Assembly: GCA_963823665.1 (NCBI GenBank) | Contig: CAWGMQ010000008.1 | Span: forward strand, 2,080,001-2,144,000 | DNA: 64,000 bases | Source of the DNA: an uncultured Planctomycetota bacterium | GTDB taxonomy: Bacteria > Planctomycetota > Planctomycetia > Isosphaerales > Isosphaeraceae | Reading direction: 5' to 3' | Part shown: piece after piece, positions 28,765 through 39,443 of the stretch | How positions within the stretch are numbered: position 1 is the stretch's first letter | Layout of the letters: every line of letters starts with the position of its first letter | The notes under the pieces: generated by a model | Told to the model about the DNA's origin: nothing | What the model saw: only the letters and a program-made list of their open reading frames with translations | Database searches by the model: none | Position numbers and translations under genes: made by a program

Positions 28765-31635
28765 CTACTCGCCAAGCTCTTCTATCCTGATATCTTTGAA
28801 CTGAATACGTGAGTCCCCGCGGGCGGCAATCGCAATCCCTCCAGACCCGTACGATCCAACGGCGTCGGTGTAATCCGCCAACGTTTTACCGTTCATCGAA
28901 CTGATAATGTGACTCCTGAGCGCCACGATTTCCAAGGTGCGCCACTCGTTCACCGGAACACGGTCGGACTCGGCCCGCTTCTCCCAGGCAAGCCCAGTGC
29001 CATATGCGTAGTTACTCAATTTTGTAATGCTACCGGTCGGCGGTAAACCGCCGTCCGTGGTCGCCCCTGAGCCGATATAGACCATGTAGCCATTGGTGTT
29101 GTCGCCAACCGGCGAGCGACGCACCTCGATCCATCCCCATCCCTCCTCCGGGCAGCTAAACTGAACGCGTAAACGAAAATCCGCATAGGTTTGACGCTTG
29201 TAGATGAGTAACGCTGGTTTTCCGATACCGCCTCCTTTACCCTCGAGTATGCCTCCAGAGACTTTCCATTTGCTACCGTTCGTGAGCAATTCTTCCCACC
29301 CATTCTGAGTACCGTCAAATAACGGCACGAACTTGGACGCCGCCGCCTCTGTCACCAAACCCCCAGCCTCCGATTCGGTGTTCGAATTCCTTTGGACGTC
29401 CTCCGCCTGCGCCGGCCCGTTCAACTCGGCCTTATCCTTCTCCTCAACGCCCTTCAACTTCGTCTCAACTGCCTCTCGATTGCTGATGTTCAGCTCGCCT
29501 TCCTCGACGTAAAATGCCAAGTCGAGCTGCCGCAGCAATAGGCGCAGCGTCGTCTTAAGTGGAACGCCTTCAAGATCGAGCATGCGCACAGGTGATGCCT
29601 TCGTTTTGTCTGCCGCGCTGAGCCCGTCCGGATCTAGATAGATCTGGAGACCAAAGTCCTTCTTAACGGCTTTCGTGGCCTGCTGGATGAACTTGATCAC
29701 GTTCTCAAGCGGCGTTTCTTCTTGAAACGCCATGCCAATCGGCATCTCAAGGACTTGCAGCACCTCTTGAGTCTCCGGCGTCGCATCGACGGCCAGTGCA
29801 GGCGAGTCCTTGCGTTCTCGCTCCACCCCGGCTGCTGAGCTGATAAAGAGAACCCCATCCTTCACGCAGTAATCCAGGTTCAATTGGCCGAGAATGTTCC
29901 GAAGCGTTGTCTTCAACCGTAATCGATCGAACTTAACATTTCTAAAGGGCGACGCCATCGTCTTGTCGGCCTCAGAAAGTCCGACGGGGTCGACGTAGAT
30001 CGGTATGTCCGGTTGACCCGGCCCTTTGGTCGCCTCTTTGATGTATTTGAGCCCGTCCTCGAACGGCGTCTCATCTTCAAAATCCATGGAGATCACTTTT
30101 TCGAGCGCCTCGCGGATCGCCTTTGTTGTATCTAACTCGTAAGCATTAGAAGACGACTTTTTCTGCTGCGGCGACGACGCGGTCTTCACCCTCAAGATCC
30201 AGGCGACCGTCAACGCGACGACGAGCCCAAGTACCAACGCCCCCGCCACCACCGATCGCCACGTGCGCCGCTGTGTCTTACCTGGAAAGGCAAGCGCATC
30301 AGCCAAAACACGCGCGGTCTCACTCGCGTCGTCCGGGCCCTGCCGATCTCCCGTCACGGCAATCTGGCTCGACCGATCCGCAGACGGCTTGCTGATTGGT
30401 CCCGAATTCGGAATGGATTCGTTCGGTACGGAGATAAGCGATCGTCTGCGTTCGATCTCCCTGGTCTGGTCATTCTTGGACAGAGCCGAATCCAAACTCT
30501 TTACCACTGCAACCGCTTTCTTGAAAAAAGGCGTCAGCTCTCGCGCCACGTCGGCCGGCGTCTGAAACCGCCGCTCCGGCTCCTTTGCCATCATCTTCGC
30601 CACCAAGGCCGCCAGCTCGACTGGCACCTCCGGACGCGCCAGGTTGAGCGGCATCGCGTCCATCGAGTGATGCGCCTGAAGGATCTCATACAAACTACTC
30701 GCTGCGAACGGCGGCTTTCCCATCAGCAAGTAGTAAAACGTGCACCCCAGGCTGTAAATGTCCGCCCGGATGTCGGCTTCGCGCGCGTCCCTGATCTGCT
30801 CTGGTGCGATGTAGTCCGGCGTGCCCAGCATCTGGCCTTCATGAGTCAGTCCTCCGTCAACAGCGCCCTCGCTCTTGACTTTGGCCAGCCCGAAATCCAG
30901 TACCTTGATGATCGCCCGATTGGCCTGCCGGGCAAGCATCAGATTGCTCGGCTTGATGTCGCGATGGACCATTCCCAGCTCATGCGCATGTTGTAGCCCC
31001 AGGGACGCCTGGTGGATGTAATTGCAAGCATTCGCGACCGGCAACCCGCCCTTGGCCTTGACCAGCCTCGAAAGATCGAGCCCCTCGACATATTCCATCG
31101 CGAAGACAATGCTCTCGCCGACGCGGCTCGCGGAGTACGCGGTAACGATATTCGTGTGGTGCAGCCTCGCCGCATTGCGAATCTCTGCTGAAAACCGCTC
31201 GCTAACCCCGCGCCGGTTCATGAGGTGGCCACTGACGACCTTCAGAACCTCGAGCCGGCCCATCAACCGATTCTTCGCGAGATACACCGTCCCCATCCCC
31301 CCCTGGCCAAGCTCGCGAATCACCTCGTAGTCAGGGTGCTCCGCCAACCCCGGCGGAAGCGTCTCGGCGGCCGGCGGTGGCCCAGCGTCGTCCGCCCGGT
31401 TTTGGATCAGCGACGCGCCGAACTGAGACCTGTCCGTCGCCGACATGTCCGGCGATTCCGGTGCCTTGCGCAGCCGCCCAAGGAAGCTGTCCGGCGCCAC
31501 TTCGGCCACGCGACGCTGGCACTCCGGACACAGATCCAGGTGCTCATTGACCGATGCGGCCGAGGCATCGTCGAGCTTGCCCAGGCCGTACGATTGCAAG
31601 ATCTGGTCCGTGGGGTGGTTCACAAGATCGCTCAT
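28765..31635 (-). CDS. Receptor kinase D: zinc finger, Ser/Thr kinase, TM, two STN/secretin-N-like repeats, DUF1080
   Basis: [16 protein letters not shown]; twice ETP.E..IY.DP.GLS..LKTTLR; AGGAGG RBS before ATG 31635. Confidence 0.85.
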   Translation of the reverse strand: MSDLVNHPTDQILQSYGLGKLDDASAASVNEHLDLCPECQRRVAEVAPDSFLGRLRKAPESPDMSATDRSQFGASLIQNRADDAGPPPAAETLPPGLAEHPDYEVIRELGQGGMGTVYLAKNRLMGRLEVLKVVSGHLMNRRGVSERFSAEIRNAARLHHTNIVTAYSASRVGESIVFAMEYVEGLDLSRLVKAKGGLPVANACNYIHQASLGLQHAHELGMVHRDIKPSNLMLARQANRAIIKVLDFGLAKVKSEGAVDGGLTHEGQMLGTPDYIAPEQIRDAREADIRADIYSLGCTFYYLLMGKPPFAASSLYEILQAHHSMDAMPLNLARPEVPVELAALVAKMMAKEPERRFQTPADVARELTPFFKKAVAVVKSLDSALSKNDQTREIERRRSLISVPNESIPNSGPISKPSADRSSQIAVTGDRQGPDDASETARVLADALAFPGKTQRRTWRSVVAGALVLGLVVALTVAWILRVKTASSPQQKKSSSNAYELDTTKAIREALEKVISMDFEDETPFEDGLKYIKEATKGPGQPDIPIYVDPVGLSEADKTMASPFRNVKFDRLRLKTTLRNILGQLNLDYCVKDGVLFISSAAGVERERKDSPALAVDATPETQEVLQVLEMPIGMAFQEETPLENVIKFIQQATKAVKKDFGLQIYLDPDGLSAADKTKASPVRMLDLEGVPLKTTLRLLLRQLDLAFYVEEGELNISNREAVETKLKGVEEKDKAELNGPAQAEDVQRNSNTESEAGGLVTEAAASKFVPLFDGTQNGWEELLTNGSKWKVSGGILEGKGGGIGKPALLIYKRQTYADFRLRVQFSCPEEGWGWIEVRRSPVGDNTNGYMVYIGSGATTDGGLPPTGSITKLSNYAYGTGLAWEKRAESDRVPVNEWRTLEIVALRSHIISSMNGKTLADYTDAVGSYGSGGIAIAARGDSRIQFKDIRIEELGE

Positions 31636-31883
31636 CACATACCTCCTGACCGAAGATTCAAAACGTCGTCGTTTCAGCGCTCGATAGAAGACGCAGTAAC
31701 CGTCCGGAACTTGCGCGAATTGGAAAATGACCTGAAAGAGCTGTTCAGTCATGAACTGCACGCTCACAACCCGCGGCGCACGCACCTGACCCATGTTGTC
31801 CGTCGACACGAACACAGCGGCTCAAGCGCAAGCCACCGAAAGTCCGAGCCGGTTCAGTGCCAGTTTTCCCGTCTCCCCGTCAA

Positions 31884-32783
31884 TCAATTGCCTTTCAACT
31901 CAATGACGATGTTGCCAACCGTGGGATTGCCATCGGTTTTGATTCCCTGCATCGTAAGAAACCCGAGGCTGCCGACAACCTGGCCGGAATACTCGAACTG
32001 CCGCGGTTCGCCGCGGATCATCCGTGTCATTTGCATCTCCAGATTCACGCCGTCAAACTTTCCTTCGACTTCGGCGATAAATCCACCGCCGCTCTGCGAG
32101 ACCTCACCGATGAACCCGTTTCCCCTGCGCTTGGTGACCTTGAAGTTGAAATCCACATTGACGGCTTTGTCTTGCTCGAGATGCCACCGGCGCATCCAGA
32201 TGCCGTTGGGCACGAGTCTCGGCGGCGGTTTGAAGTCGCTCCGGAATCCGCGCCAGGTCTTTCCCGGTTGCAGCATATCGATTCGATTCACCTCAACCGT
32301 CAATCGGGCAACATCTTTCTCTATTGCCTCGCGCTGGCTATCGCCTGCGGCCATGATATGGAGCACCTGGTCGTAACGCTCCAGCAAAGAGTAATACCCG
32401 GTTCGCACCGCGACGATGTACTGGATGTAAATACCCTGCATGAACGGCGAGGGGGTGAGGGTTTGGTTCTTGTCAAAACGGTCCCTCGCGTCCCGAAGTT
32501 CCTGGAGAATTGCGGCTCTTTCGGCCAAATCGATGTCATCGATTCGCTGCACATCCTTGATGAGTGCGTTGAATGACGCGGAAACCCGTTGAGCTGCGGA
32601 CTTCTTCTTGAACTCGAAGGCATCCTTGTCTCTGGACAGCCTGTCCAGCAATTGAGGCAAGTCGACACTGCGCTTGCCTCGGGAGCGAGATTGCCTTTGG
32701 GCGTGCACTGGCTCCGTGCAGAACGTGATGATGACCGTGGACGCGAGAACCACCAGCCAAGAAAATCGTGCGTGGTACCTCAT
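31884..32783 (-). CDS. Secreted hypothetical protein
   Basis: Signal peptide ending PVHA; helical N-terminal half and beta-rich C-terminal half; GGAG RBS. Confidence 0.7.
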   Translation of the reverse strand: MRYHARFSWLVVLASTVIITFCTEPVHAQRQSRSRGKRSVDLPQLLDRLSRDKDAFEFKKKSAAQRVSASFNALIKDVQRIDDIDLAERAAILQELRDARDRFDKNQTLTPSPFMQGIYIQYIVAVRTGYYSLLERYDQVLHIMAAGDSQREAIEKDVARLTVEVNRIDMLQPGKTWRGFRSDFKPPPRLVPNGIWMRRWHLEQDKAVNVDFNFKVTKRRGNGFIGEVSQSGGGFIAEVEGKFDGVNLEMQMTRMIRGEPRQFEYSGQVVGSLGFLTMQGIKTDGNPTVGNIVIELKGN

Positions 32784-32825
32784 AAACTTGGACTCCGTTT
32801 AGCCTCGGCGCTGAGTTGCCTGTGA

Positions 32826-32945
32826 TCCGCTCGATCACTCACTAACAAAGAAAGGCCGCAACATCGCCAGACCTGCCGCGAAAAAACAAAATAATCGAGA
32901 CCTCCTCGGTTCTCCACTCCTAACCGCTTACAAATTTGCAAGTTC
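32826..32945 (-). promoter_or_regulatory. Diverged fourth copy of the kinase leader
   Basis: Keeps TCACTAA..AAGAAAGGCCGC-N11-ACCTGCCGCGAAAA with identical spacing. Confidence 0.65.
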
Positions 32946-33151
32946 GATCAATCCGAACAAACGAGACAGTTGCACCGAATCTGGCTTTTCAGGCCGATCA
33001 ATGAGAAAATCGATGGCGCCAAGCAACCCAGGCGCGGACGACACGGGAATGACGACCAGCACCGTAAGTTAGCGCATGCACTCTGCGGAATACCGTTCGC
33101 GCGACCCAGTTTCTTGAAGTTTAAAACGTCTGGCTTGCCGAGGACCCGCTG

Positions 33152-33976
33152 ATGAAAAGCCCATTTCCCGGCGTGGACCCCTACCTCGAACGTCATTGGG
33201 GTGATGATCATCAAGCCTTCGTCACCTATATTCGCGACGCCCTCCAACCGCGCCTGCCCGACGACCTCCGGGCGAGAATGCAAGAACGCGTCTACGTCGA
33301 GATTCCTGAGGTGCGGCGCGGGGAATACTATCCCCAGTTTCGCGCCGTTGAACGTCCATCGCTCTCGCCGCTACCCGGCTCGGCAACTGCGGTGGCCGAG
33401 CCCCCAAGCGCGTCAGAGATCGACGGCGAACGTGCCGCATCCGAACCGATCCTGATCCATGTCGACATCGAGCCGACCACGGAAAGCTACATCGAGATCA
33501 TCGACGTCAAATCCGGCCACCGCGTCGTCACCGCGGTCGAAGTCTTGAGCCCGACGAACAAGCGGCCGGCGGAGGGCCAGCGCCTCTACCTCAAGAAACG
33601 CCACGATTTCAAACTCGCGGGCGTGAACACCGTCGAGATCGATCTCCTCCGCGGCGGAGACCGCACGCTCATGGTACCTCAAGCACTCGTGCCGGCTGCC
33701 CATCGCACTGCCTATCAGGTGTGCATCTGGCGGGCCGCCGAGCACGACACATTCGCCGTTTACCCGATCACGCTCCGCGAGCGGTTGCCCGTGATCAAGA
33801 TCCCGCTACGGCCAACCGACCAGGACGTGCTCCTGAACCTTCAGGCGATTCTCGACCAGTGCTACCGCAATGGCGGCTACGACGATATCGACTATCGCGA
33901 CGAACCCGACCCACCCCTGCCGCCGGGCGATGCAGCCTGGGCCGATAAGTTACTTCGAGAGCACGGCCGGAGGTGA
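33152..33976 (+). CDS. DUF4058 family protein
   Basis: MKSPFPGVDPYLE, VEVLSPTNK, VEIDLLRGG, IDY..PPL. Confidence 0.85.
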   Translation: MKSPFPGVDPYLERHWGDDHQAFVTYIRDALQPRLPDDLRARMQERVYVEIPEVRRGEYYPQFRAVERPSLSPLPGSATAVAEPPSASEIDGERAASEPILIHVDIEPTTESYIEIIDVKSGHRVVTAVEVLSPTNKRPAEGQRLYLKKRHDFKLAGVNTVEIDLLRGGDRTLMVPQALVPAAHRTAYQVCIWRAAEHDTFAVYPITLRERLPVIKIPLRPTDQDVLLNLQAILDQCYRNGGYDDIDYRDEPDPPLPPGDAAWADKLLREHGRR

Positions 33977-33989
33977 ACCGAGAATCTCG

Positions 33990-34571
33990 TCACGCCAGCA
34001 GTTCGCCCGCTTCCTCCCTCAACCGCTTCAAAATCCGCGACTTCGCCTGAATCACAGCGTTCACGCTCAGCTTCATGTCCTCGGCCACTCGCGCCGCAGG
34101 AAGCCCGTCCACGGCAAACCGGCGAAACGCTTCCCACGTCGTCGCGGCGAAATCCGGCTGCACAATGGAAAGCAGCTTCTGAAACACGTGTCGATCGTGG
34201 TCGGCATCCCATTCCCGCGCCAGCTCACCGTTCGGGTCCGCCAGGCCGTCCAGAAACCCCTCGGCCGGGTCGATTCCGGCAACGGCTCGCTTCCGCCCCC
34301 TCCGCTGGTGCGTGCGCACCCTGTTCACCGTCACCTGCCGCAGCCACGCCCGGAACGATCCCTCCCGCCCGCGCTCGAACCGTGGCAGCTCGCGAATCAC
34401 GACGACAAACACCTCCTGTGCCAGATCGTCAGCCTCGGCGCCAAGACCCGGCACCCGGCCCAGCCACCGTCTGATCAGCGGCAGATAGATCGCTTGCAGC
34501 CGATTCCAGTCGGATGCATCCGGCCGGGCGGCCTTGAGCCGATCCAGCAAACTGACCGATGTCGAATTCAT
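33990..34571 (-). CDS. ECF sigma factor of the kinase-associated planctomycete type
   Basis: TSVSLLDRL, DDLAQEVF, GSFRAWLR, AKSRILKRLREE. Confidence 0.9.
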   Translation of the reverse strand: MNSTSVSLLDRLKAARPDASDWNRLQAIYLPLIRRWLGRVPGLGAEADDLAQEVFVVVIRELPRFERGREGSFRAWLRQVTVNRVRTHQRRGRKRAVAGIDPAEGFLDGLADPNGELAREWDADHDRHVFQKLLSIVQPDFAATTWEAFRRFAVDGLPAARVAEDMKLSVNAVIQAKSRILKRLREEAGELLA

Positions 34572-34583
34572 GACCTCGGCCCA

Positions 34584-35468
34584 TCAGGAGCCAACGAACA
34601 GGCCGCTCCAGTCACTGACTTCCGGGTCGATAATCCGCTCGCCGAGGGCTTCGAGTCGCTCGATGTCGCGAATTGCCTCGATCCTAGCCAGGATCGCGGG
34701 GTCAGGCTTCCCAAATCGCTTGTTGCCCAGACGAACCAGCAGCAGCCGTTCACCCGCAATCCGCCCCTCCTCTCTTCCCTCCTCTCTCCCCTTCTCTCGC
34801 CCCTCTCTCAAGATCGCCTGATAGGTCGTCGATTCCTGCATGTTCTGCACCCCTTCGAGCAACTTTGAAACCAGGTCTTCCGAAAATCTTAACCCCATGA
34901 GTAAGTAAGTCGCTGTCCAGAGTTTCGCCGCTCGAGCCTCCGGTTCGGCGTTGATCCGCGACGCCATACGCTGCACAACGTCAGGAAGCGCCTCTTCCCG
35001 AACATCGGTCAGCGGAGCCAGCGGCACGACGTTAACACCCCCCGTTAGGAACGGTTCAGGGTCCTCTGTCCACAACCGAACCGTACGATAATTATAACGA
35101 TTCACAACCCACCCGTCCGGCAACTTGATCTCAAAAGATCCTGTAATGCTTGGCGAGCTCGCCTCCCGGCGCAGCAGCACCACAATCGTCAGTACCGCGA
35201 GCCGATGCCGGCGAAAGAGCCCCGCCTGGCGAAACCACACGTTCTCAACGAGGTCTGCGTCATGGCTCGACTGCAACTCCAGGTCGACCAGATAAGGCTC
35301 CGGGCCACCGATCTGAATCACCTTGTCGGCCGATGCGGTCAGCGTCGTGATGTCCGAATCGATGACGGTGACCGGCCCGGAAAGACCGATTCCCAGCCGT
35401 TCCAGCACCGCCGCCGGATCATCCCAGATCAACTCCTTGGTCGAAACGTCAAAGCGGTTGAATGGCAC
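34584..35468 (-). CDS. Rpn/YhgA-like nuclease (intact)
   Basis: DLELQS, MQESTTYQAILREGREKGREEG. Confidence 0.8.
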   Translation of the reverse strand: MPFNRFDVSTKELIWDDPAAVLERLGIGLSGPVTVIDSDITTLTASADKVIQIGGPEPYLVDLELQSSHDADLVENVWFRQAGLFRRHRLAVLTIVVLLRREASSPSITGSFEIKLPDGWVVNRYNYRTVRLWTEDPEPFLTGGVNVVPLAPLTDVREEALPDVVQRMASRINAEPEARAAKLWTATYLLMGLRFSEDLVSKLLEGVQNMQESTTYQAILREGREKGREEGREEGRIAGERLLLVRLGNKRFGKPDPAILARIEAIRDIERLEALGERIIDPEVSDWSGLFVGS

Positions 35469-35537
35469 GGCGTGCTCCTTGAATTCGTTCCCCCCGGGCT
35501 TTCACAAGGATCGTTCCGCAACGTCGCGTCAATCTTT

Positions 35538-37963
35538 TCAGAGCGTCGCCTTCCGCAGCCGCAGCGCATTCACAATCACCGAAACCGAGCTCAGCGTCAT
35601 CGCCAGGCTCGCGATCATCGGGCTCAGCAAAATCCCGAAAAACGGATAAAGAACCCCCGCCGCGATCGGCACTCCCAGCGCGTTATACAGGAACGCAAAC
35701 GCGAGATTCTGCCGGATGTTCGCCATGGTCGCGCGGCTCAATCGCCGGGCGCGGACGATCCCCTTCAAATCCCCTTTGACGAGCGTCACCCCGGCGCTCT
35801 CCATCGCCACGTCCGTGCCCGTGCCCATCGCAATGCCGACATCCGCCTGTGCCAGCGCCGGCGCATCGTTGATGCCGTCGCCGGCCATGGCAACGACCCT
35901 CCCCTCCGCCTGAAGTCGCTTGACTTCCAGTGATTTTTGATCGGGAAGCACTTCCGCACGCACCTCGTCGAGCCCAAGCTGCCGCCCCACAGCATCCGCC
36001 GTCGTACGATTGTCGCCCGTGAGCATGATGACCCGAAGACCCTCTTTCCTCAGGTCGTCGATGGCCGCCGCTGCCGAGTCCTTGATCGGATCGGCGATCC
36101 CAAGCAGACCGGCCGGCCGGCTATCGATCGCAATGTAAACAACCGTCTCACCATTGCGGTGCAAGGCTTCTGCTCGTTCTGCGAGCGATTGCACGGCAAT
36201 TCCAAGACCATCGAGCAACGATCGATTCCCGACGAGCACCGCCCGCCCATCGACTTTCCCTTCAACCCCTTTGCCGGTGTGCGAGCGAAACGATTTGGCC
36301 GATTTGACCTCGAGCCCTCGCTCCGCGCGCCGCCGCGGCAACCGCCGAAGCCAGCGGATGCTCGCTTGCAACCTCCACGCCCGCCGCCAGCCTCAAGAAC
36401 TCCCCTTCGTCTTGTCCCGGCATCGCCACCACGGAGACCACGCGAGGCTTGCCCTCGGTAAGCGTACCGGTCTTGTCGATCACAAGCGTATCGACCCGTT
36501 CAAAAACCTCGAGAGCCTCGGCGTTCTTGATCAACACGCCCGCGCTACGCGCCGCGGCCGGTGCCGACCATGATCGACATGGGCGTGGCCAGCCCCAGCG
36601 CACACGGGCACGCGATGATCAGCACCGCAACGGCGCTCACAAGCGCGTCCGCCAGCCTTGGCTGGGGCCCGAACACAGCCCACGCAAAGAAAGTGATGAT
36701 CGCGACGATCACGACGGCCGGCACAAAGTACGACGAGACAACGTCAGCCAACCGCTGAACGGGTGCTCGCGTACGCCGCGCCTCGCTGACCATGCGAACT
36801 ATCTGCGCCAGCACCGTTTCGCTCCCCACTCGCTCGGCCCGCATGACCAGCGTTCCTGTACCGTTCACCGTGCCGCCGATTAGTTTCGCGCCCGGTCCTT
36901 TCTCGACCGGGATCGGCTCGCCGGTGATCATCGACTCGTCGACGGCACTCGAGCCCTCGATCACGACTCCGTCGACAGGCATCTTCTCGCCAGGACGGAT
37001 CCGCAGCCGATCCTCGGGAACAACCTGATCGAGCGCAACATCCACTTCCCGACCATCCTCGAGAATCCGGCGAGCCGTCTTGGGAGCCAGCCCGAGCAAG
37101 GCGCGAATCGCGCTCCCCGTCTGATGCCGGGCTCGCAGCTCGAGCACCTGACCCAGCAACACGAGTGTCACGATCACCGCAGCCGGCTCGAAATAAACCT
37201 CCACTTCGCCGTGATGCCGGAACGAATCGGGGAAAACGCCCGGCGCAACCGCGGCGAGAGCGCTATAAACGAACGCCGTCCCGGTTCCCAACGCGATAAG
37301 CGTGAACATATTCCAGTTTCGGTTGACGACCGATCTCCAGCCGCGCTCGAAGAATGGTAGTCCTCCCCAGAGGACAACAGGCGCCGCCAGCAGAAACTGA
37401 ATCCAGACCACGCTCCGGGTCCGCATCAAGGCCGAGGGAACCAACCCCGGCACCATCTCCGCCATCGACAGCAACACGAGCGGAGCCGTCAGGATCAAGC
37501 TGATCCAGAACCGCCGGTTCATGTCGACCAGCTCGTGGTCTTCTTCGTCATCCGCTGAAACCGTCATCGCTTCCAGCGCCATCCCGCAAATCGGGCACGA
37601 GCCGGGGCCATCTCTGACGATTTCAGGATGCATCGGGCATGTATACTTCGCCCCCCCAAGGTCAGCCTTGCTCGGTTGTGCCCGAAGCGGCGGGGCTTCC
37701 CTTGGCGCCTCGATCACCGTGAGTGTCGGAAGCGCGCCGGGCGATGCAGCATCCCGAGTTGTCGTGAATCGATCCGGGTCGGCTCTGAACTTCTGAGCAC
37801 AGTGCTTGCTGCAGAAGTGGTAAATGCGCCCTTCGTGTTCGACCGAGTCCGCGGCTGTGCCAGGGTCGACGTCCATGTGGCAGACAGGATCCTTGACCGC
37901 TTGCCCGCTCTCGGTTCCATCGTGATGCCGATGCGCAGCGTGAGAATGTTCGCTTGGGTCCAT
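35538..37963 (-). CDS. copA: Cu(I)-type P1B ATPase with YHS domain; frameshifts near 36545 and 36340
   Basis: [48 protein letters not shown]. Confidence 0.9.
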
Positions 37964-38018
37964 CGAAGGAAAGTACCCGGAGACTAAACGAGAAGTGGGT
38001 TCGATCGGAAGCCCGTTT

Positions 38019-39055
38019 TCAAGATCCGCCATCCGTGACGCCGTGAGCACCGGCTCGGCTGCGCGGTTTCATCCATCGACGCAGCTTCTTGCGATCGAGC
38101 CTGGACCAGATCTTGAAGAAACGGGACCGCGCGGCGACCGCGCGCTTTCGCTGGTCTTCGATCAAGAGGCCGATGCGCTCGACCAGCGCGGGATCGCTGG
38201 CGCCGCCCTTGGCAAGCGCCGACTCAAGCTCTCCCAGCGTGATCAGGGCATCCTGATGTTCGCCGAGAGTGTCCTGGAGGCGTGTGGTCATTCGGATGAA
38301 TTCGCCCGCTCCCCGCGCGGCCCGCCGGCCGAGTAAGGGTGCGATCAATTCGGCTGTGTATCGAGTGCTCTTGGCTCGTTTGCGAGCTTCGTGGAAATCT
38401 TCGTCAACGTCATCCGGGCCCAGGTCTCGCGCTACTTTCTTGAGTCGCCGCCATGCGGCCTTCGCCGCCGGCGGCAAGGCAACAGAACACGCCTCGCCCG
38501 CGGCATCCTCAAGCGGAGGAAGCGCGCGGCACGCTCAAGCGCCCCGAGCAAGGCACCGTAACGCTCACTCTCAAGCACGTCGGACATCGTTCTCGCCGCC
38601 CGAGCGCGCCGCCGTTCCAGCGCCTTCAGGACTGGTGAAAACGCAACTCGCTCACCTTCCGGCCGTTCAGCTTCCACGGCGCCCGCACGCACTCGAGCAA
38701 GCAAGATATCAAGGTCGCGTACAGCCCCGAGCACCCCGGCCAGCCACTTGAGTTCAATCTCAAGGTCGTCTCGCCATTGCTCGTCCACCAGATTCTTCAA
38801 CGCGCGAAGCTCGCTCCGCAACCGCCGTGAGGCCGATCGGAGGCGGTGTACCCCTTCCGGTTCGCCCCGCCTGGCCTCCGGCTCATGCGTTGCAATTCTC
38901 GAAAGTGCGGTGCGCAGTGCATGCCTGACCACTTCGCCCGCGGGGTCGCGCGGCCTCACGCGCGGCTCCGGTGTTTCCACCGGATGCGGTGAACCCCCTG
39001 GCGCCGTTCCACGCGGCCGGCCGCCACCCAGATCAGTCATCACTTGCTGCGACAT
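38019..39055 (-). CDS. CHAD domain protein; frameshift near 38520
   Basis: [42 protein letters not shown]. Confidence 0.85.
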
Positions 39056-39443
39056 CTTTCGCACTGCGGAGTTTCCCTGCCCCGGCACCCGTCCACGTTT
39101 CCGCAATTGCATCCCGGTCGGGCGTCCTGATCTTCTCCATTCTCCTCGCGCGTCCACCTTACAGGAGCCAGCGCTCCCGCTCAAGCCGCCTATCGCCGAA
39201 CTGACGGCTCAATCGAGCCGGTTCAGAACCTGCCTGGACAAATATGACTGAAAGTCGCAGGCAGCCGTGAAATTGGGTACCTTCAAATGGCGTACGGCCG
39301 TCACTCACCGCTGTTCCGCGCTCGGCTGGCTGTAGACGTCCAGGTGCTTTCGACTTCTCAGAGCCAGCGCAACGGGCATGATGATTTCGAACGCGAAGAA
39401 GCGGCGGATAGTCTCGACAGCGCAGCCCGAAAGGACGATTCGT

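Noticed and set aside
31680..31820. Plus-strand RNLRELEN resembling the sigma-54 activator GNVRELEN motif
   Set aside because: Isolated short match with no other AAA+ features.
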